Source: a virus | Lineage: Duplodnaviria; Caudoviricetes | Direction: 5' to 3' (one strand) | IMG/VR virus record: IMGVR_UViG_3300027971_000055 | Location: 1-63,600 of that record | DNA length: 63,600 nt | Shown here: positions 1 through 9,582 of the stretch, in pieces | Position numbering within the stretch: the stretch's first letter is position 1 | How the letters are laid out: each line of letters opens with the position of its first letter | The notes under the pieces: generated by a model | What the model saw: the letters and a program-made list of their open reading frames with translations, nothing else | Told to the model about the DNA's origin: nothing | Database searches by the model: none | Position numbers and translations under genes: made by a program

Positions 1-226
1 AACAGGCGCTAATCAAGTAAGGAATAATACATTATTAAATTCAAAAGAAAAATCTACTCTTTTATATAGAAATAGATTAGAAAAAAATCACATTAAAAAG
101 GGTGTATACGATACTATTAAATCAATAGATGATTTAGGAAAAGCAGAACTTAATGGATTATTAGAGATGATTGCAGAAGACGAGGCAGCTATGGACTTAC
201 GCAACGCGCCAGACTCTAACCCCTAG
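1..226 (+). CDS. 3' end of large ejection/polyvalent protein (duplicate of the end of 55410..62597)
   Basis: Same reading frame and TAG stop as the end of the 2395-aa ORF. Confidence 0.9.
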   Translation, partial: TGANQVRNNTLLNSKEKSTLLYRNRLEKNHIKKGVYDTIKSIDDLGKAELNGLLEMIAEDEAAMDLRNAPDSNP

Positions 227-397
227 GTGATTATCTTTGCTAGTTATAAAAACTTTTACTTGTACCTTTGCCCTTTTAGCACCACATTCAGCGGCATAAA
301 GAGTTTCAGCAGTATTTAAAGTAGGTATAAAAAAGCTATCCCCTATGTCCATATACTCAAAAGGGAACAGCCATGTAGGTTCACTAAGCTGATCCAG
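197..397 (-). CDS. Small phage protein (66 aa), probable CTG start; not in ORF track
   Basis: AAGGAG-6nt-CTG, then DQLSEPTWLFPFEYMDIGDSFFIP...GVRVWRVA; 2 of 3 differences between the terminal copies are synonymous in this frame. Confidence 0.75.
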   Translation of the reverse strand: MDQLSEPTWLFPFEYMDIGDSFFIPTLNTAETLYAAECGAKRAKVQVKVFITSKDNHLGVRVWRVA

Positions 398-3302
398 ATA
401 TATCTCCTTTTACTTTAGCTAATATATCTTTCTTTTGAAATGCATAACACATCAAGTTATACTCTGAACTACTTGCATCTTTCCAACCTGTAAGCATTCG
501 TTTCTTTTCTTCCCAGAATTTAATATCTGAATTAGCAATACGCTTTTTAAAGTCAGCTTTATTAATATCTAACTCAGCAATTAAGTAATTATTAAATATG
601 CTTCGTGGTATATAAATAGTACCTGTATCATCTTCGGCTCTAATAACTAATGGAGTTCTTGGTTCATCTGCAACCTTACCATCTCTCATAACTAAAGTGC
701 CAGAATGGTTCTTAATTAAAAACTCTGTAAGAATATTCTCATAGTCGATAGTATTAAACTGAATGACATTGTTCTTAATATTAAGCATCTCAGTTATTAA
801 TCGTTCGTATATTTTTTCTACATTACAGTTATCTAATATACCATATTCAAGTGCAACTTCTCCAGCACCCAAAGGTAATGCAATTAAGTTATGGTAATAT
901 CTATCTCCAGGATCAGAGCCATAGTCTTTAACAAATCTATCTACCCATTTTTGATATCGTGGGCCTAGTTTTTGGTCTTCATTAAAATGCCTAATGATTT
1001 CACCTTTATTCTCTAAATCATATATAGCCTGTATAAATTTAGACCCTGCATGACCGTAGTTAGCTTTAAAGGCTTCAAACACACGCTTACCGTAGTTTAA
1101 ATCTGTTTGTAATATCTTAGGTTGACCTAGCATAAACTCAATAATACGAGCCACTTCACCGTTAGGGTCATGTTTTAATGCGGTCAACTTATCGTATATA
1201 GATTTATTAGATGTAAACAAAGCTATCATACTAGCTGATGCCTCAAAGTCTCGTTCAGCATTTACCGATGCTTGCATTTTAAGTTTAGGTTTACCAGTAG
1301 AAATCATATGCGACATTTCTGATAAGTCTTCAGCATCTAAGTTAGTAACCTCATCGTGAGCATAAGTCATATTATGTAGCGTGCTAATTCTTCCTTTTAA
1401 AGCATTAAACGTACCGCCCTTTTTAGCGTGAACATATAACACTTTAGGGTTACCCCATATACTTACAGCAGAGAATAACGCACCTGTTTTAGCCGCACCT
1501 GTATCGCCTGTTAGACAAATAATGCCGCCATCAGTATTAGTATAAGCCATAAGCGGAGAAGCAAAGCCAGCTAACATAGCATATTGATGTAGTTCCATAC
1601 CAGGAGTATCTAGTTGATTAGCGGCTTTCTTCCATTCTTCAAACGTACCTTTAGGTGCCATATGCTTACCAATCTTATCTGTAATGGCTGAGAAAGGTGA
1701 CTGGGAAACTGAGCCATCTCTTTTATATTCTCTATCACCTATTACAAAAGAAGTTCTGTCGTCATCTGTCCAACCCATTTGATTTCGCATAATGTCTGCT
1801 TCTACTTCGTTAGATAAAACTTTACCCCACTTAATTAAATAATCCATAACTATTATTACCTCGTTCTTTTTTAAATATATGCCATGATTGGCTAAATGTG
1901 ATGCAGTTTTAATTGGCTCGTAGGCTAATCTCATTGGAAATAAAAACTCTACGGGTTTGTCTTTAGGAAATGTGCATCTAAGTAATAAACAGTCCCCGTC
2001 TGCCGGATTTTTAAGTCTTTGCTTAGGTTTAAAATGATATTCTGATACTTCAGATGGTTCTTTTTCTAGGTATTGATTAGTATCAGGGTCCCATACAGGT
2101 AGTTCTTTTTTATATATACCACCATTAGCCCCATGAATATATGGAAACATACTAGCTGGTAATATGAAAGGTTCTTCGGTAGATAATGCAGTGGTGGATT
2201 CTTGAGTTATTACATTACCTACTTGTTCTTGTTTAGGCACGGGTACCATTTTAAATACCTTACCTAACTTAAGTGGATTAGTTATTCTGCCTCTATGTGG
2301 GCAACCATTACATCCGCCAGGATTAGCATTGTCAAAAGAACCACAAGAATGTACCCCATCAAAAGAAGCCGCTTTTAGTATTGTATCTTCACGACTATAG
2401 TTCTTTGCTCCTTCTGATAAGGTATGTATAGCAGTCTCAGAATCAACGCAACGACTAGCTACGGTTAATCCAGCAGTCCATAATTCATAGCTAACATCGT
2501 TGGGATGCTCCATCATATGTTTAATTTGGTTACATCCAGTACCTAACATACTTTCTTTTAAAATTTTATCAAAGCTAGCTTCCCAATTATCTAGCCCATG
2601 CATTCTTCTTTCTTCTTCGGTTAGACCTTTAAATGCGGCTTTTAATACATCTTCTGTTGAAGAGTCTACTGGTCCTAAAAATTCTTTAAATTCTTCAAAG
2701 ACGTAAACAGGTAATTCATCGCTAATTACTTTCGTTGGTGATGGTGGATTAGTTTTGTAGTTAAGGCAGTTAGGTGCACGAGTAATGCGACCTTTATCAG
2801 ATGTCACTGATGGGTCAATTTTAAAGTCTTTATCTAAACACAGTTTTTTAAATTTTTCAGAGTATTCTTTCCATTCTTCAATAGGGATGTCTGCATTAAA
2901 AGCCCACCATGCCCATATACCTCGACCAGAATCTACTCTAATAGGTGGTGGTAAGTTAGTCTCAATAAGAAATTTATCTAATGCATTGTTAGCTTCTTCT
3001 TTGGATTTATATTTTTTATTGTTTTTTTCTTCGTCAGGTATGCCTTCTTGTGGGTCTACATCTAGGTCTACAAAGAGTGATCTAGAATATAAAGCGTTGT
3101 CTTTTCTTGAATAACTTTTTTGAGAACTGTGGGTTACATATATATTGTGACCGTCTTGTTTTAACTCGTTTATTTTAGGTTCTACTTCATCTATAGACTC
3201 TACGTAATAATTTGTTGTTTTTCCTGTAGTCTCTATGGTCGCTATACAGTAGACCCCTTGAGATGGCAATATCTTTTTATAAAATTCTGTTATGCCTATC
3301 AT
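384..3302 (-). CDS. Primase (AEP/RepB-like) - DUF927 helicase fusion
   Basis: N-terminal FVDLDV and DSGRGIW primase motifs, Cys cluster (CxxC), P-loop GDTGAAKT and HDE Walker B; start at 3302 preferred over 3332. Confidence 0.85.
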   Translation of the reverse strand: MIGITEFYKKILPSQGVYCIATIETTGKTTNYYVESIDEVEPKINELKQDGHNIYVTHSSQKSYSRKDNALYSRSLFVDLDVDPQEGIPDEEKNNKKYKSKEEANNALDKFLIETNLPPPIRVDSGRGIWAWWAFNADIPIEEWKEYSEKFKKLCLDKDFKIDPSVTSDKGRITRAPNCLNYKTNPPSPTKVISDELPVYVFEEFKEFLGPVDSSTEDVLKAAFKGLTEEERRMHGLDNWEASFDKILKESMLGTGCNQIKHMMEHPNDVSYELWTAGLTVASRCVDSETAIHTLSEGAKNYSREDTILKAASFDGVHSCGSFDNANPGGCNGCPHRGRITNPLKLGKVFKMVPVPKQEQVGNVITQESTTALSTEEPFILPASMFPYIHGANGGIYKKELPVWDPDTNQYLEKEPSEVSEYHFKPKQRLKNPADGDCLLLRCTFPKDKPVEFLFPMRLAYEPIKTASHLANHGIYLKKNEVIIVMDYLIKWGKVLSNEVEADIMRNQMGWTDDDRTSFVIGDREYKRDGSVSQSPFSAITDKIGKHMAPKGTFEEWKKAANQLDTPGMELHQYAMLAGFASPLMAYTNTDGGIICLTGDTGAAKTGALFSAVSIWGNPKVLYVHAKKGGTFNALKGRISTLHNMTYAHDEVTNLDAEDLSEMSHMISTGKPKLKMQASVNAERDFEASASMIALFTSNKSIYDKLTALKHDPNGEVARIIEFMLGQPKILQTDLNYGKRVFEAFKANYGHAGSKFIQAIYDLENKGEIIRHFNEDQKLGPRYQKWVDRFVKDYGSDPGDRYYHNLIALPLGAGEVALEYGILDNCNVEKIYERLITEMLNIKNNVIQFNTIDYENILTEFLIKNHSGTLVMRDGKVADEPRTPLVIRAEDDTGTIYIPRSIFNNYLIAELDINKADFKKRIANSDIKFWEEKKRMLTGWKDASSSEYNLMCYAFQKKDILAKVKGDISGSA

Positions 3303-3394
3303 GTTTATTCTTTCTATTTTTAGAGACAACAATGCCCCATCACATTAATATGTGTTTTTAAAATTATTACGGAGAAATTCTATTTTACTACTTT

Positions 3395-3706
3395 TTAAAT
3401 CTTATTGTTTATATTTAACTCTAAATATTTTTTAGCATCGAGAAGAGTTACAACAGGTAATTGCCCGTCATGTAACCCCTCTTTAACCAATACTATAAAG
3501 TTTTCAATTTTTGTACAATTTTTATCTCTAATAGCTTTACCCCTAAACCAACTATGAATAGTCATTCTTGACACTTCAAAAACTTCTGCTACATATTGCG
3601 CAGGTAGGTTTGATTTAACACATAGTTTTGCCAATCGTACCCCTAATCTTTTTGGGTCAAAGTTTTTTAAGTCTAATAGAAACTCTTCACTATATGGTCT
3701 TGCCAT
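3395..3706 (-). CDS. HTH DNA-binding protein (Xre/Cro-like)
   Basis: AQYVAEVFEVSRMTIHSWFRG helix-turn-helix. Confidence 0.7.
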   Translation of the reverse strand: MARPYSEEFLLDLKNFDPKRLGVRLAKLCVKSNLPAQYVAEVFEVSRMTIHSWFRGKAIRDKNCTKIENFIVLVKEGLHDGQLPVVTLLDAKKYLELNINNKI

Positions 3707-3716
3707 TTACTTCCCC

Positions 3717-4589
3717 TTATGATTTAACTGACCATTTTTTCATTACGTCATTAGCATTATTTACTGTTTGAGGTTTAACTTCTTCAGTGCTTCTTAACAC
3801 TGGCTCATCTATAACATCTGCTACTGGTGCACTAACAACTTGTGGTGTTATAACTTCTTCACTTGTTGAGTCATTTTGATATACAGTTAATTTAACAGCT
3901 TGTTCTGCGGCAGAAGATTTACTTTGTCGTTGTAATACTTCCAAGTCACTAGAATTAACTGCGGCGGCAGGGTTAAATAAAACTTTAGGTGTTGAAGCCT
4001 TTGGATCAAATTGCATCTTAGTAACAACACGACCAGCACTAACATTGTTATTAGCTAACATTTGAATATATGGTCTAAATGGATATTTACCACCTTCTTC
4101 CTTACCAAAACACGATGTAGCAGGTAAAACTAATTGCATAACATCACCAGAAAGATCATTAGGTAATACAACTGCCATTCTCCATGATAGACGACATGCA
4201 GTGCCCGTACCATTAACACCTGAATTTTTAGCACTGAATTGACAAGTATCACAGGTTTTAGATTGGGGTGATTTAACATCAATATCAGGTACACGAGAGT
4301 CACTAGACCAACATGTTGGACTAATCTTTTCACCTTCCTTATATGATTGTGCATAGAATGTTCTTGAAGCGGTGTGTGCCATTTTAACAATGACAATGTC
4401 CATATAATTATTTTCTGAGACACTTACTTCTTTACCACCGACTACTTTGCGAAACGACTTACCACGAATTGAAATACGTTTATTGCCACTATTAATGGCA
4501 CCGCCAGCAACGGCTAGTGTATCTTCGTCTAAACCTGTTTGAATAAGGTTTGGACTATTTTGTAATATTACCGATAATTCACTGTTCAT
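3717..4589 (-). CDS. Putative ssDNA-binding/annealing protein
   Basis: Position in replication module, Cys motif (CWS..CDTC..C), low-complexity C-terminus; GGAG RBS before ATG 4589. Confidence 0.55.
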   Translation of the reverse strand: MNSELSVILQNSPNLIQTGLDEDTLAVAGGAINSGNKRISIRGKSFRKVVGGKEVSVSENNYMDIVIVKMAHTASRTFYAQSYKEGEKISPTCWSSDSRVPDIDVKSPQSKTCDTCQFSAKNSGVNGTGTACRLSWRMAVVLPNDLSGDVMQLVLPATSCFGKEEGGKYPFRPYIQMLANNNVSAGRVVTKMQFDPKASTPKVLFNPAAAVNSSDLEVLQRQSKSSAAEQAVKLTVYQNDSTSEEVITPQVVSAPVADVIDEPVLRSTEEVKPQTVNNANDVMKKWSVKS

Positions 4590-4600
4590 TATTTTCTCCA

Positions 4601-5011
4601 CTAAATTGACTTGCTTATTGGTTTGCGTACAGTTATTTTAAATTCTCTCATGGTGCTGATACCGGGAGGAAGACCCTCGTTTGACCGAGAACCCATATAC
4701 TCTTTAAAATTATTTTGACTAATGCGTTGTTGCAATAGGTCTAGTGCGTTGTTATCCACAACGAATTGCTTAAAGTTGTCCCAATCGCTACAAACATAAT
4801 CTTCTTTTAAAGACTTAATGATAGTCCCACTCCCTGTACGAATGCTATCAGCATTTATTTCATTGCAGGCTACCATCATAGCCCGTTCCAATTCGTCTAA
4901 GTCCGCTTTTAAATCAGCATCCTTTAACTCGAATTGATTTTTAAGTGTATTCCTTTCTGTTCTAATTGTCAAGTATGTTGTTACTAAATCATCTAATTTC
5001 ATGTCGCTCAT
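4601..5011 (-). CDS. Phage coiled-coil protein (Gam-like appearance)
   Basis: N-terminal coiled coil, DW..F and LPPG motifs; AGGAG RBS. Confidence 0.55.
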   Translation of the reverse strand: MSDMKLDDLVTTYLTIRTERNTLKNQFELKDADLKADLDELERAMMVACNEINADSIRTGSGTIIKSLKEDYVCSDWDNFKQFVVDNNALDLLQQRISQNNFKEYMGSRSNEGLPPGISTMREFKITVRKPISKSI

Positions 5012-5105
5012 TTATTTCTCCTTCGATAACTGATGCTATATAACTAATTAAAAAGACTGCTGATACAAAAACTACTAAACTAATTACTACATATTCTTCA
5101 CTCAT
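4989..5105 (-). CDS. 38-aa single-TM protein; not in ORF track
   Basis: ATGA overlap with helicase stop; MSEEYVVISLVVFVSAVFLISYIASVIEGEINERHEIR. Confidence 0.55.
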   Translation of the reverse strand: MSEEYVVISLVVFVSAVFLISYIASVIEGEINERHEIR

Positions 5106-6667
5106 GTTTCTATTTCCTCTCTATATAAATCTACTAGCTTGCTATGCATATCCACTTTGTTTTGTAGCATGTCATACATTCTTCTTTCAATATCTGAGCC
5201 TTGTAAATGTACCACCGTCATCTTATTAACTTGTCCTACTCTATCCATACGAGCAATACATTGTAAATATGTTTCGACTGATAGCACGGGAGACCAAAAT
5301 ACTACCGTATCAGCCGCCGTTAAAGTTACACCGTGTGATGCCGCTTGGGGCTGAATAACTAATACGCGAGGGTCATACATATTTTGAAACCTAGATATAA
5401 TTGCAGGGCGTTCGGTAGCTGATACTGATCCATTAATTATTTCACTAGTGATGCCGTGTGAATTAAGATACCTTGACACCACTTCAATTGTATGTCTATA
5501 TGGTACAAAGATAATTGTCTTATGTTCTGTCTCGTCTAGCACCTCTTGCAAAGCCGCTAAACGTGGGGATATATCAAACTCAATAACATCTTTGTTATCT
5601 GTATAAACTGCACCGCCTGAGATTTGGAGTAGCTTATTAACATTAGCCGCCGCGTTTACCGCAGTTACTTGTTCTCCAGCCGTGTTTATTAACATTTCTT
5701 TTTTCAACATTGTGTAATATTTATGCACTTGGGCTGTCAATGGAACTTCTCTTGTCTGATACATAACATCGGGCAAATCTAGACAATCTTTTTTAGCATA
5801 TCTAATAGCAGGTTTTAATGCTTTGAATACTTCATCTTTTGAGTTTGTCTTTGGTAGCCATTTGAAACGAGATACTTGATACATAACTTTATCTCTCCAC
5901 CCTGCCGTCACCTTAGGAACTCTTTGAGGACAGACTAATCTAGCCAATCCATACGCATCTACTGGTGATTGAGAAGCTGGGGTTCCTGTAAGCATCCATA
6001 ATCTAGTTGATGGTTTTAATATTCTAGATATTGTTTTCCATCTAGAAGTTGTAATGGTTTTATATGCATTAGCTTCATCTATTACAACTAAATCAAAATC
6101 AGCTTTAGATATGGCGTCTCTTACTACATTAACCCCATCATAATTAATAATAACAAATTCATATTCACCATTAATAATCTTAATCCTTTTCTCTGCCGTA
6201 CCATGTGCTATGGCTGACGACCTATGCATGCAAGTATTAAAGACATCGCCTTGCCATGCTGAATACATTATAGATAAAGGACATATAATAAGAACCCGTT
6301 TAATTTTCTTTTGGAGCATTAAATAATCGCATGCCCATAACACAGATGATGTTTTTCCCGTGCCTGCTTCATTAAAACAAAAAGCACGATGATTAATAGA
6401 TAAAAATTCTGAAGTTACGCGTTGATGGTCAAACGGTTTATATAAACCTGGCCAATTATAATCTCGTGTGATAGGGGATGGTAAGTTATTTCTGAATGAT
6501 ACTAGTTGATTAAGGCGGGTCATCTCATCAAGTCCCCAGTATACTAATACCTCGGAGAGATTGCCTCTTTTTTCTAGAACTTCACTTTTTTCTATATTAT
6601 TTATTATGCTATCTACTATATGAGTAGGAGCAATAAACTTTACTGCTGAATTTTCTATAATTTCCAT
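5102..6667 (-). CDS. SNF2-family helicase
   Basis: EAGTGKT, VIDEA, LTGTP, HGVTLT, RMDRVGQ motifs. Confidence 0.92.
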   Translation of the reverse strand: MEIIENSAVKFIAPTHIVDSIINNIEKSEVLEKRGNLSEVLVYWGLDEMTRLNQLVSFRNNLPSPITRDYNWPGLYKPFDHQRVTSEFLSINHRAFCFNEAGTGKTSSVLWACDYLMLQKKIKRVLIICPLSIMYSAWQGDVFNTCMHRSSAIAHGTAEKRIKIINGEYEFVIINYDGVNVVRDAISKADFDLVVIDEANAYKTITTSRWKTISRILKPSTRLWMLTGTPASQSPVDAYGLARLVCPQRVPKVTAGWRDKVMYQVSRFKWLPKTNSKDEVFKALKPAIRYAKKDCLDLPDVMYQTREVPLTAQVHKYYTMLKKEMLINTAGEQVTAVNAAANVNKLLQISGGAVYTDNKDVIEFDISPRLAALQEVLDETEHKTIIFVPYRHTIEVVSRYLNSHGITSEIINGSVSATERPAIISRFQNMYDPRVLVIQPQAASHGVTLTAADTVVFWSPVLSVETYLQCIARMDRVGQVNKMTVVHLQGSDIERRMYDMLQNKVDMHSKLVDLYREEIET

Positions 6668-6726
6668 ACTATCCTTAACTAAATAAACTAAGCCTCACCG
6701 AGGCTTTTAAATACTACTAACTGATT

Positions 6727-6754
6727 ATTTTACTACTATTGATTTATATGTCAA
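6727..6754 (-). promoter_or_regulatory. Sigma70-type promoter for helicase operon
   Basis: TTGACA-16nt-TAAAAT on the minus strand in the intergenic gap. Confidence 0.6.
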
Positions 6755-6757
6755 GTA

Positions 6758-7069
6758 TTATTTTTTACGTTCTTTTTTACTTACTTCGGAAACAAGATTG
6801 CCTTTTGAATCTCTTTTGAATGATCGGTTTTTAGATGCACTTTGAATGCGTAAACCGTCTTTATTTGAACCACCTTTATCAAGGGCTTTTACATGTGCTA
6901 CGTCTTTACCTTCTCGCTTATCAGCCTTGCCATTACCATTTAAATCTGCGCCTTTTTTATCAACAGAGCGACGACCACGCTGACGTTCCATACGACGCTC
7001 GTGTTCACCCCTATCTTTTTCCTGCTGATATTCTTTCTTATAAGGTCTTGGTTTATTAACGTAAGGCAT
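6758..7069 (-). CDS. Small HNH-like endonuclease
   Basis: GKDVAHVKALDKGGSNKDGLRIQSASKNRS. Confidence 0.7.
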   Translation of the reverse strand: MPYVNKPRPYKKEYQQEKDRGEHERRMERQRGRRSVDKKGADLNGNGKADKREGKDVAHVKALDKGGSNKDGLRIQSASKNRSFKRDSKGNLVSEVSKKERKK

Positions 7070-7083
7070 AGCGGTATTATATC

Positions 7084-7743
7084 TTAAGTCTTATTAAATT
7101 CACAAGACTTTACAGGGCAATATCCACATAAAGGGGTAGGGTTTGGTTGCCATGTATTTGAATTATATGAGTGGTCTAACCTAGTAAGTGGTCCCAAAAA
7201 ATGTCCCCAAGACTTATCTATGTCTTCTCGTTTATATTCTTCAGGGATAAATTGGTTATGAGCTAGAAATAATAACCCTGCTTTTACCTTATTAACTTGT
7301 GGGAAGTGGGCAAAGGTCATCAATGCCATCAATCTTAACTGCTTAGGGTCGGGATATTTATTACTTCCTGTTTTGTAATCTACAACAAATGCAGTATCAC
7401 CGTCAACAATAAGTAGGTCACAAACACCACGAACCCAACGGTTATCATCCTCAAATCCGCAAGGCGTTTTTTCTTTCGTAAGTGCCATTTCATATTCACA
7501 ATATTTATCTCCTGGAATTGCAATTAAATTATCTACCAACCCTTTATATCGCTCATAGTTTTTAGCGAGTTCGGTATTACTTCTTACATAGTCTTCCAGT
7601 GCTTTATGCACCTCTTTACCATATATAGTTTGTGGAGTATCTTGAAAAACATAGTTTTTAACTATGCGAAGTTCATAATATTTTTTAGGACAGTTTTGAT
7701 ATTCTTTAAGGGAAGAATAAGACCATGTAAAATCACTCATCAA
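7084..7743 (-). CDS. PD-(D/E)XK (RecB/Cas4-like) exonuclease
   Basis: SYSSL..CP, RGVCDL, VDYKTG, Q motif, C-terminal CxxCPxxxxC. Confidence 0.9.
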   Translation of the reverse strand: MMSDFTWSYSSLKEYQNCPKKYYELRIVKNYVFQDTPQTIYGKEVHKALEDYVRSNTELAKNYERYKGLVDNLIAIPGDKYCEYEMALTKEKTPCGFEDDNRWVRGVCDLLIVDGDTAFVVDYKTGSNKYPDPKQLRLMALMTFAHFPQVNKVKAGLLFLAHNQFIPEEYKREDIDKSWGHFLGPLTRLDHSYNSNTWQPNPTPLCGYCPVKSCEFNKT

Positions 7744-8260
7744 TAAATTTGTTACTCTTTCTGTTATTTAAACTACCTTGTATTACTTGTAGGTTTTCGG
7801 GAACATGTAACCCTGATACATTTTTACCTTGTAGTGGAATGATATGATCTACGTGCCACTGAATACCTGTTGATTTATTTAACGATGTAGCTAATGTATA
7901 CATAACCTGTATTTGTTTTAAATTTTCTTCTGTTAACCATGCAGGTAATCTTTGTTTCTTTGCAGTATACCTTTTATTAGTATGAAAGTTTATTATATCT
8001 TTATTATTTGCCCGCCATGCTCTATTTCTAGCATTCTTTTTATCTTTGTTCTTTTCAAAATTAGCATGATACCAAGCTAAAGTTCTTTCATTTTCTTTTT
8101 TCCTATATTCTTCGTCTTTCTTTCGTTCTTTTTGATACTCTTTACTATATACTTTTCTTTTTTCTTTATGTTTTTCTCTATAAGCTTTAAATGCATCTTT
8201 ATGTTCATGGTAATAACGTCTTAAATTTTCTATTCTATCCTCACGGTTCTTGTAAGGCAT
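7733..8260 (-). CDS. HNH endonuclease with basic N-terminus
   Basis: WHVDHIIPLQGKNVSGLHVPENLQVI..N..KSN. Confidence 0.9.
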   Translation of the reverse strand: MPYKNREDRIENLRRYYHEHKDAFKAYREKHKEKRKVYSKEYQKERKKDEEYRKKENERTLAWYHANFEKNKDKKNARNRAWRANNKDIINFHTNKRYTAKKQRLPAWLTEENLKQIQVMYTLATSLNKSTGIQWHVDHIIPLQGKNVSGLHVPENLQVIQGSLNNRKSNKFIDE

Positions 8261-8496
8261 TAGTCACATCCCTTTACACCACACTCACAAACTTTTTGCA
8301 CCTCGCCTGTTGATGGATTAAGTTCATACTCGGGTAAAACTTCTTTCCCTACGGGTTTCATTTGATCCCATTCTTTATCTATAGGTAACTCTTTGTTCTT
8401 CCTAAAAATTAAATCAAAGTTTTTTTCAAACTGTTCGTTGTTAGGTTTAGACTGCAACCAATCTCCTGTTATATCATTCCTAGCTGTTTTTTTCAT
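8260..8496 (-). CDS. Hypothetical protein
   Basis: Coupled ORF (ARNDITGD..QSK N-terminus). Confidence 0.6.
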   Translation of the reverse strand: MKKTARNDITGDWLQSKPNNEQFEKNFDLIFRKNKELPIDKEWDQMKPVGKEVLPEYELNPSTGEVQKVCECGVKGCD

Positions 8497-8983
8497 AGTG
8501 TGTCCTTATATCAACTAATAAATCCTCAAATGATAACTCGTGTTTTTCTTTAGCAAACTCAATACTTAATAAATATCTTGTCGTTTCAAAATTATACACC
8601 GTGTGGTTTACTTGTGTGTTAAATAAATAATAGGTCATTGGTTTATAAGGAAGTTCTTCTATCTTAAAGACTTGTTCAGACTTCTTTGGAGCAAACGCAC
8701 AAAAACTTCTTGAGTGGGGAGTAAGTAACATATTGATGCCGACGCCACGTTTTGTGTCTGTATGCCAATCGTAGCAAGTGTATGGGTCTAGTTTTAAAAT
8801 GCCTGCTATAAAATCGTAGCGTTTAACTAACCATTTAAAAAATTCATCTTGGAATAATACTTCGGGGGGTACAAGCTTAGCTTTAAAATTAAAATAATCT
8901 ATCCACTCACTAGAGTTATAAGCCTTATCAAGAAGGCTTTGTGTTATGCTAGATTTATTTAATAGTTCATAGTAAGGTTTCAT
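8480..8983 (-). CDS. Putative 2OG-Fe(II)/Asp-Asn hydroxylase-like protein
   Basis: WHTD (HxD) plus distal LFNTQVNHTVYN histidine. Confidence 0.55.
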   Translation of the reverse strand: MKPYYELLNKSSITQSLLDKAYNSSEWIDYFNFKAKLVPPEVLFQDEFFKWLVKRYDFIAGILKLDPYTCYDWHTDTKRGVGINMLLTPHSRSFCAFAPKKSEQVFKIEELPYKPMTYYLFNTQVNHTVYNFETTRYLLSIEFAKEKHELSFEDLLVDIRTHYEKNS

Positions 8984-9582
8984 ATAAAAAATCTTTCTGT
9001 GTGTTTATTACTTTTTCTAGAATTCCATAAAGCAGGTACAACTTGAATGTTTGTATAAGCATTAGTTCCACCTTTTGTTACAGGAATAATATGATCTATA
9101 TGCCATTTAAATGCAAACAACTTTTCCCTTCTAACTCTTACATCATATGCTTCATTAAATACAAACACATCTAATGGTGTCATTTCTTTTTCTAATGTTC
9201 GTCTTAAATGTTTAAGTCTGGCCGTAACTCTACGATTTAAATGTTTACCTTTTTCAGTTTTTCTATATCGACTATGGCGCGCTAATTCTTTTTTTCTTCC
9301 TTCTTCTGAATCTCTATATAGTTTCTGCTTTGCATTAATTTTTTCTTTGTGCTTAACATAATCAGCTCTTTGCCTAGCTCGCTGTCTTTCTTTATCTTCT
9401 TCTGTATATTCTGACCATTTCTTATGTCTTCTTTTACCTACCCTTGTTAAATCATAGAGTCTTTTCTTTTCTTTTGCTATAGGGCTGGCTCGATACTTTT
9501 TATATTGTTCTAGTAGCTTTTCTTTGTTCCGCTGATAATATTCTCTTCGTTTAGCATTAATTTCATCAAGAGTTTTAGGCAT
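8980..9582 (-). CDS. HNH endonuclease with basic N-terminus
   Basis: WHIDHIIPVTKGGTNAYTNIQVVPALWNSRKSN. Confidence 0.9.
   Translation of the reverse strand: MPKTLDEINAKRREYYQRNKEKLLEQYKKYRASPIAKEKKRLYDLTRVGKRRHKKWSEYTEEDKERQRARQRADYVKHKEKINAKQKLYRDSEEGRKKELARHSRYRKTEKGKHLNRRVTARLKHLRRTLEKEMTPLDVFVFNEAYDVRVRREKLFAFKWHIDHIIPVTKGGTNAYTNIQVVPALWNSRKSNKHTERFFI

Larger units (their letters stand above)
1..1229. repeat. Left copy of terminal redundancy (circular overlap)
   Basis: 1-1229 aligns without gaps to 62372-63600 (offset 62371), with about 34 substitutions by manual count. Confidence 0.97.

Noticed and set aside
1-1229. Diverged repeat pair as a DGR template/variable region
   Set aside because: No reverse transcriptase, mismatches are not adenine-specific, and the repeat is simply the circular overlap.
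7084-7743. Cas4-like nuclease as part of a CRISPR system
   Set aside because: No other cas genes or array; it is a standard replication-module exonuclease.
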